Assembly: GCA_002687175.1 (NCBI GenBank)
Contig: NYZP01000001.1
Location: 78,236-142,235, forward strand
Direction: 5' to 3'
DNA: 64,000 bases
Source of the DNA: Parcubacteria group bacterium
GTDB taxonomy: Bacteria; Patescibacteriota; Patescibacteriia; Buchananbacterales; UBA6539
The translations under genes and the position numbers were made by a program. The notes beneath the pieces are model-generated. The model was not told the origin of the DNA and did no database searches. It was given only the letters and a program-made list of their open reading frames with translations. Numbering within the stretch: the stretch's first letter is position 1; every line of letters starts with the position of its first letter. Shown piece after piece: positions 62,552-64,000 of the stretch.

Positions 62552-64000
62552 ATGAGCGAAAAAGCAGGAAAAATAATAAAGGTTGCCGGGCCATTGGTCG
62601 TGGCTTCTGGCATGAAAGGGGCGAAGATGTATGAAGTGGTTCAAGTTTCAGACCAAAAATTAATTGGCGAAATTATTGAGCTTAAAGATGATACTGCCTC
62701 AATTCAAGTTTACGAAGAAACCTCCGGCCTTGGACCCGGCGAGCCAGTTTACCAAACTGGTAAACCATTATCAGTTGAATTAGGACCGGGACTTTTAAAA
62801 TCAATCTATGATGGCATTCAACGTCCATTAAACTTGATCCGTGAACAAGCCGGTGACTACATTACTCGAGGAGTTGAAGTGCCTTCGTTAGATCGTGAAA
62901 AAACCTGGAAGTTCACTCCGGTAGTCAAAGATGGTGATGAAGTCTCAGAAGGTGATATTTTAGGGGAAGTTCCCGAATCAGCAACTATTGTTCATAAAGT
63001 AATGGTACCACCAGGCGTTACCGGCAAAGTAGAAAATATAAAAGCTGGAGATTTTAATATTGTTGAACCAATCGCAAAAGTTGGTGGCAAAAATGTGGCC
63101 ATGCTCCAAGTTTGGCCAATTCGTAAACCTCGTCCAGTTAAACAAAAATTGGTGCCAACCGAACCATTAATTACTGGTCAAAGATCAATTGATACTTTTT
63201 TTCCAGTGGTCAAAGGCGGAGCCGCTTGTATTCCAGGACCATTTGGCTCTGGCAAAACCGTCACCCAGCATCAATTAGCAAAATGGGCTGATGCGGACAT
63301 AATTATCTTTATTGGTTGCGGTGAACGGGGAAATGAAATGACCGAAGTGCTGATTGAATTCCCTGAATTAATTGACCCTAAATCTGGCAAAGCCTTGATG
63401 GAACGAACTGTCTTGATTGCCAACACTTCAAATATGCCAGTAGCCGCTCGTGAAGCTTCTATTTATACTGGAATGACTTTAGCGGAATATTACCGTGACA
63501 TGGGCTATAATGTTGCTCTGATGGCCGACTCAACCTCGCGTTGGGCTGAAGCCTTACGTGAAATGTCTGGTCGACTTGAAGAAATGCCTGGTGAGGAAGG
63601 TTATCCAGCCTATCTTGGTTCACGAACCGCTTCTTTTTACGAACGGGCTGGTTATATTAAATGTTTGGGTAGTGATGACAGTAAAGAGCGAATCGGATCA
63701 TTAACCGCCATTGGTGCGGTCTCCCCTCCTGGTGGAGACTTATCTGAACCAGTTACTCAAAATACCTTACGTGTGGTAAAGGTTTTCTGGGGACTTGATG
63801 CTGCCTTAGCTTACCGTCGTCATTTTCCAGCTATTAACTGGTTAACCAGCTACTCGCTATATATTAAAGATATTGAAGATTATACTAAGAAAAATTATGG
63901 TTCTGATTGGCCAGATATGGTTAGAGAGTCTTTGAACTTACTCCAGGAAGAAGCTAAGCTAGAAGAAATCGTCAGACTGGTTGGTGTTGAGTCGTTATCG
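62552..64000 (+). CDS. ntpA: V/A-type ATPase subunit A (runs off window)
   Basis: Manual translation: [18 protein letters not shown]..., [10 protein letters not shown] Walker [33 protein letters not shown]. Confidence 0.97.
   Translation, partial: MSEKAGKIIKVAGPLVVASGMKGAKMYEVVQVSDQKLIGEIIELKDDTASIQVYEETSGLGPGEPVYQTGKPLSVELGPGLLKSIYDGIQRPLNLIREQAGDYITRGVEVPSLDREKTWKFTPVVKDGDEVSEGDILGEVPESATIVHKVMVPPGVTGKVENIKAGDFNIVEPIAKVGGKNVAMLQVWPIRKPRPVKQKLVPTEPLITGQRSIDTFFPVVKGGAACIPGPFGSGKTVTQHQLAKWADADIIIFIGCGERGNEMTEVLIEFPELIDPKSGKALMERTVLIANTSNMPVAAREASIYTGMTLAEYYRDMGYNVALMADSTSRWAEALREMSGRLEEMPGEEGYPAYLGSRTASFYERAGYIKCLGSDDSKERIGSLTAIGAVSPPGGDLSEPVTQNTLRVVKVFWGLDAALAYRRHFPAINWLTSYSLYIKDIEDYTKKNYGSDWPDMVRESLNLLQEEAKLEEIVRLVGVESLS

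Overview
AT-rich bacterial chromosomal window. Gene content, gene order, SD-less core genes and characteristic short palindromic repeats suggest a Patescibacteria (CPR) genome; this is inference. The core backbone has glycolysis genes (gpmI, eno, pgk, gap), tsf-rpsB, gyrB, secE-nusG-rplK-rplA, a dTMP-synthesis cluster, gatB, a miaB-miaA fusion, thrS under a T-box, dnaE, pheST, a UvrD-nuclease, pyrE/pyrF and the start of a Na+-type V/A-ATPase operon. Higher-GC accessory cassettes with SD and boxA-like leaders are interspersed. The top finding is a stand-alone RAMP/Cas7-like gene (41615-42523, minus) followed by two terminator-bounded non-coding units built from 5-nt periodic NGY-NN repeats, a candidate non-CRISPR RNA-guided system. 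Also notable: a ~350-nt highly structured candidate ncRNA (8395-8760, minus), a leader-peptide attenuator upstream of a Cys-rich orphan, an in-frame TGA inside a pyrE-pyrF fusion, and palindromic or heptameric repeats inserted into coding genes and RNA leaders. No rRNA, tRNA or canonical CRISPR array was seen.
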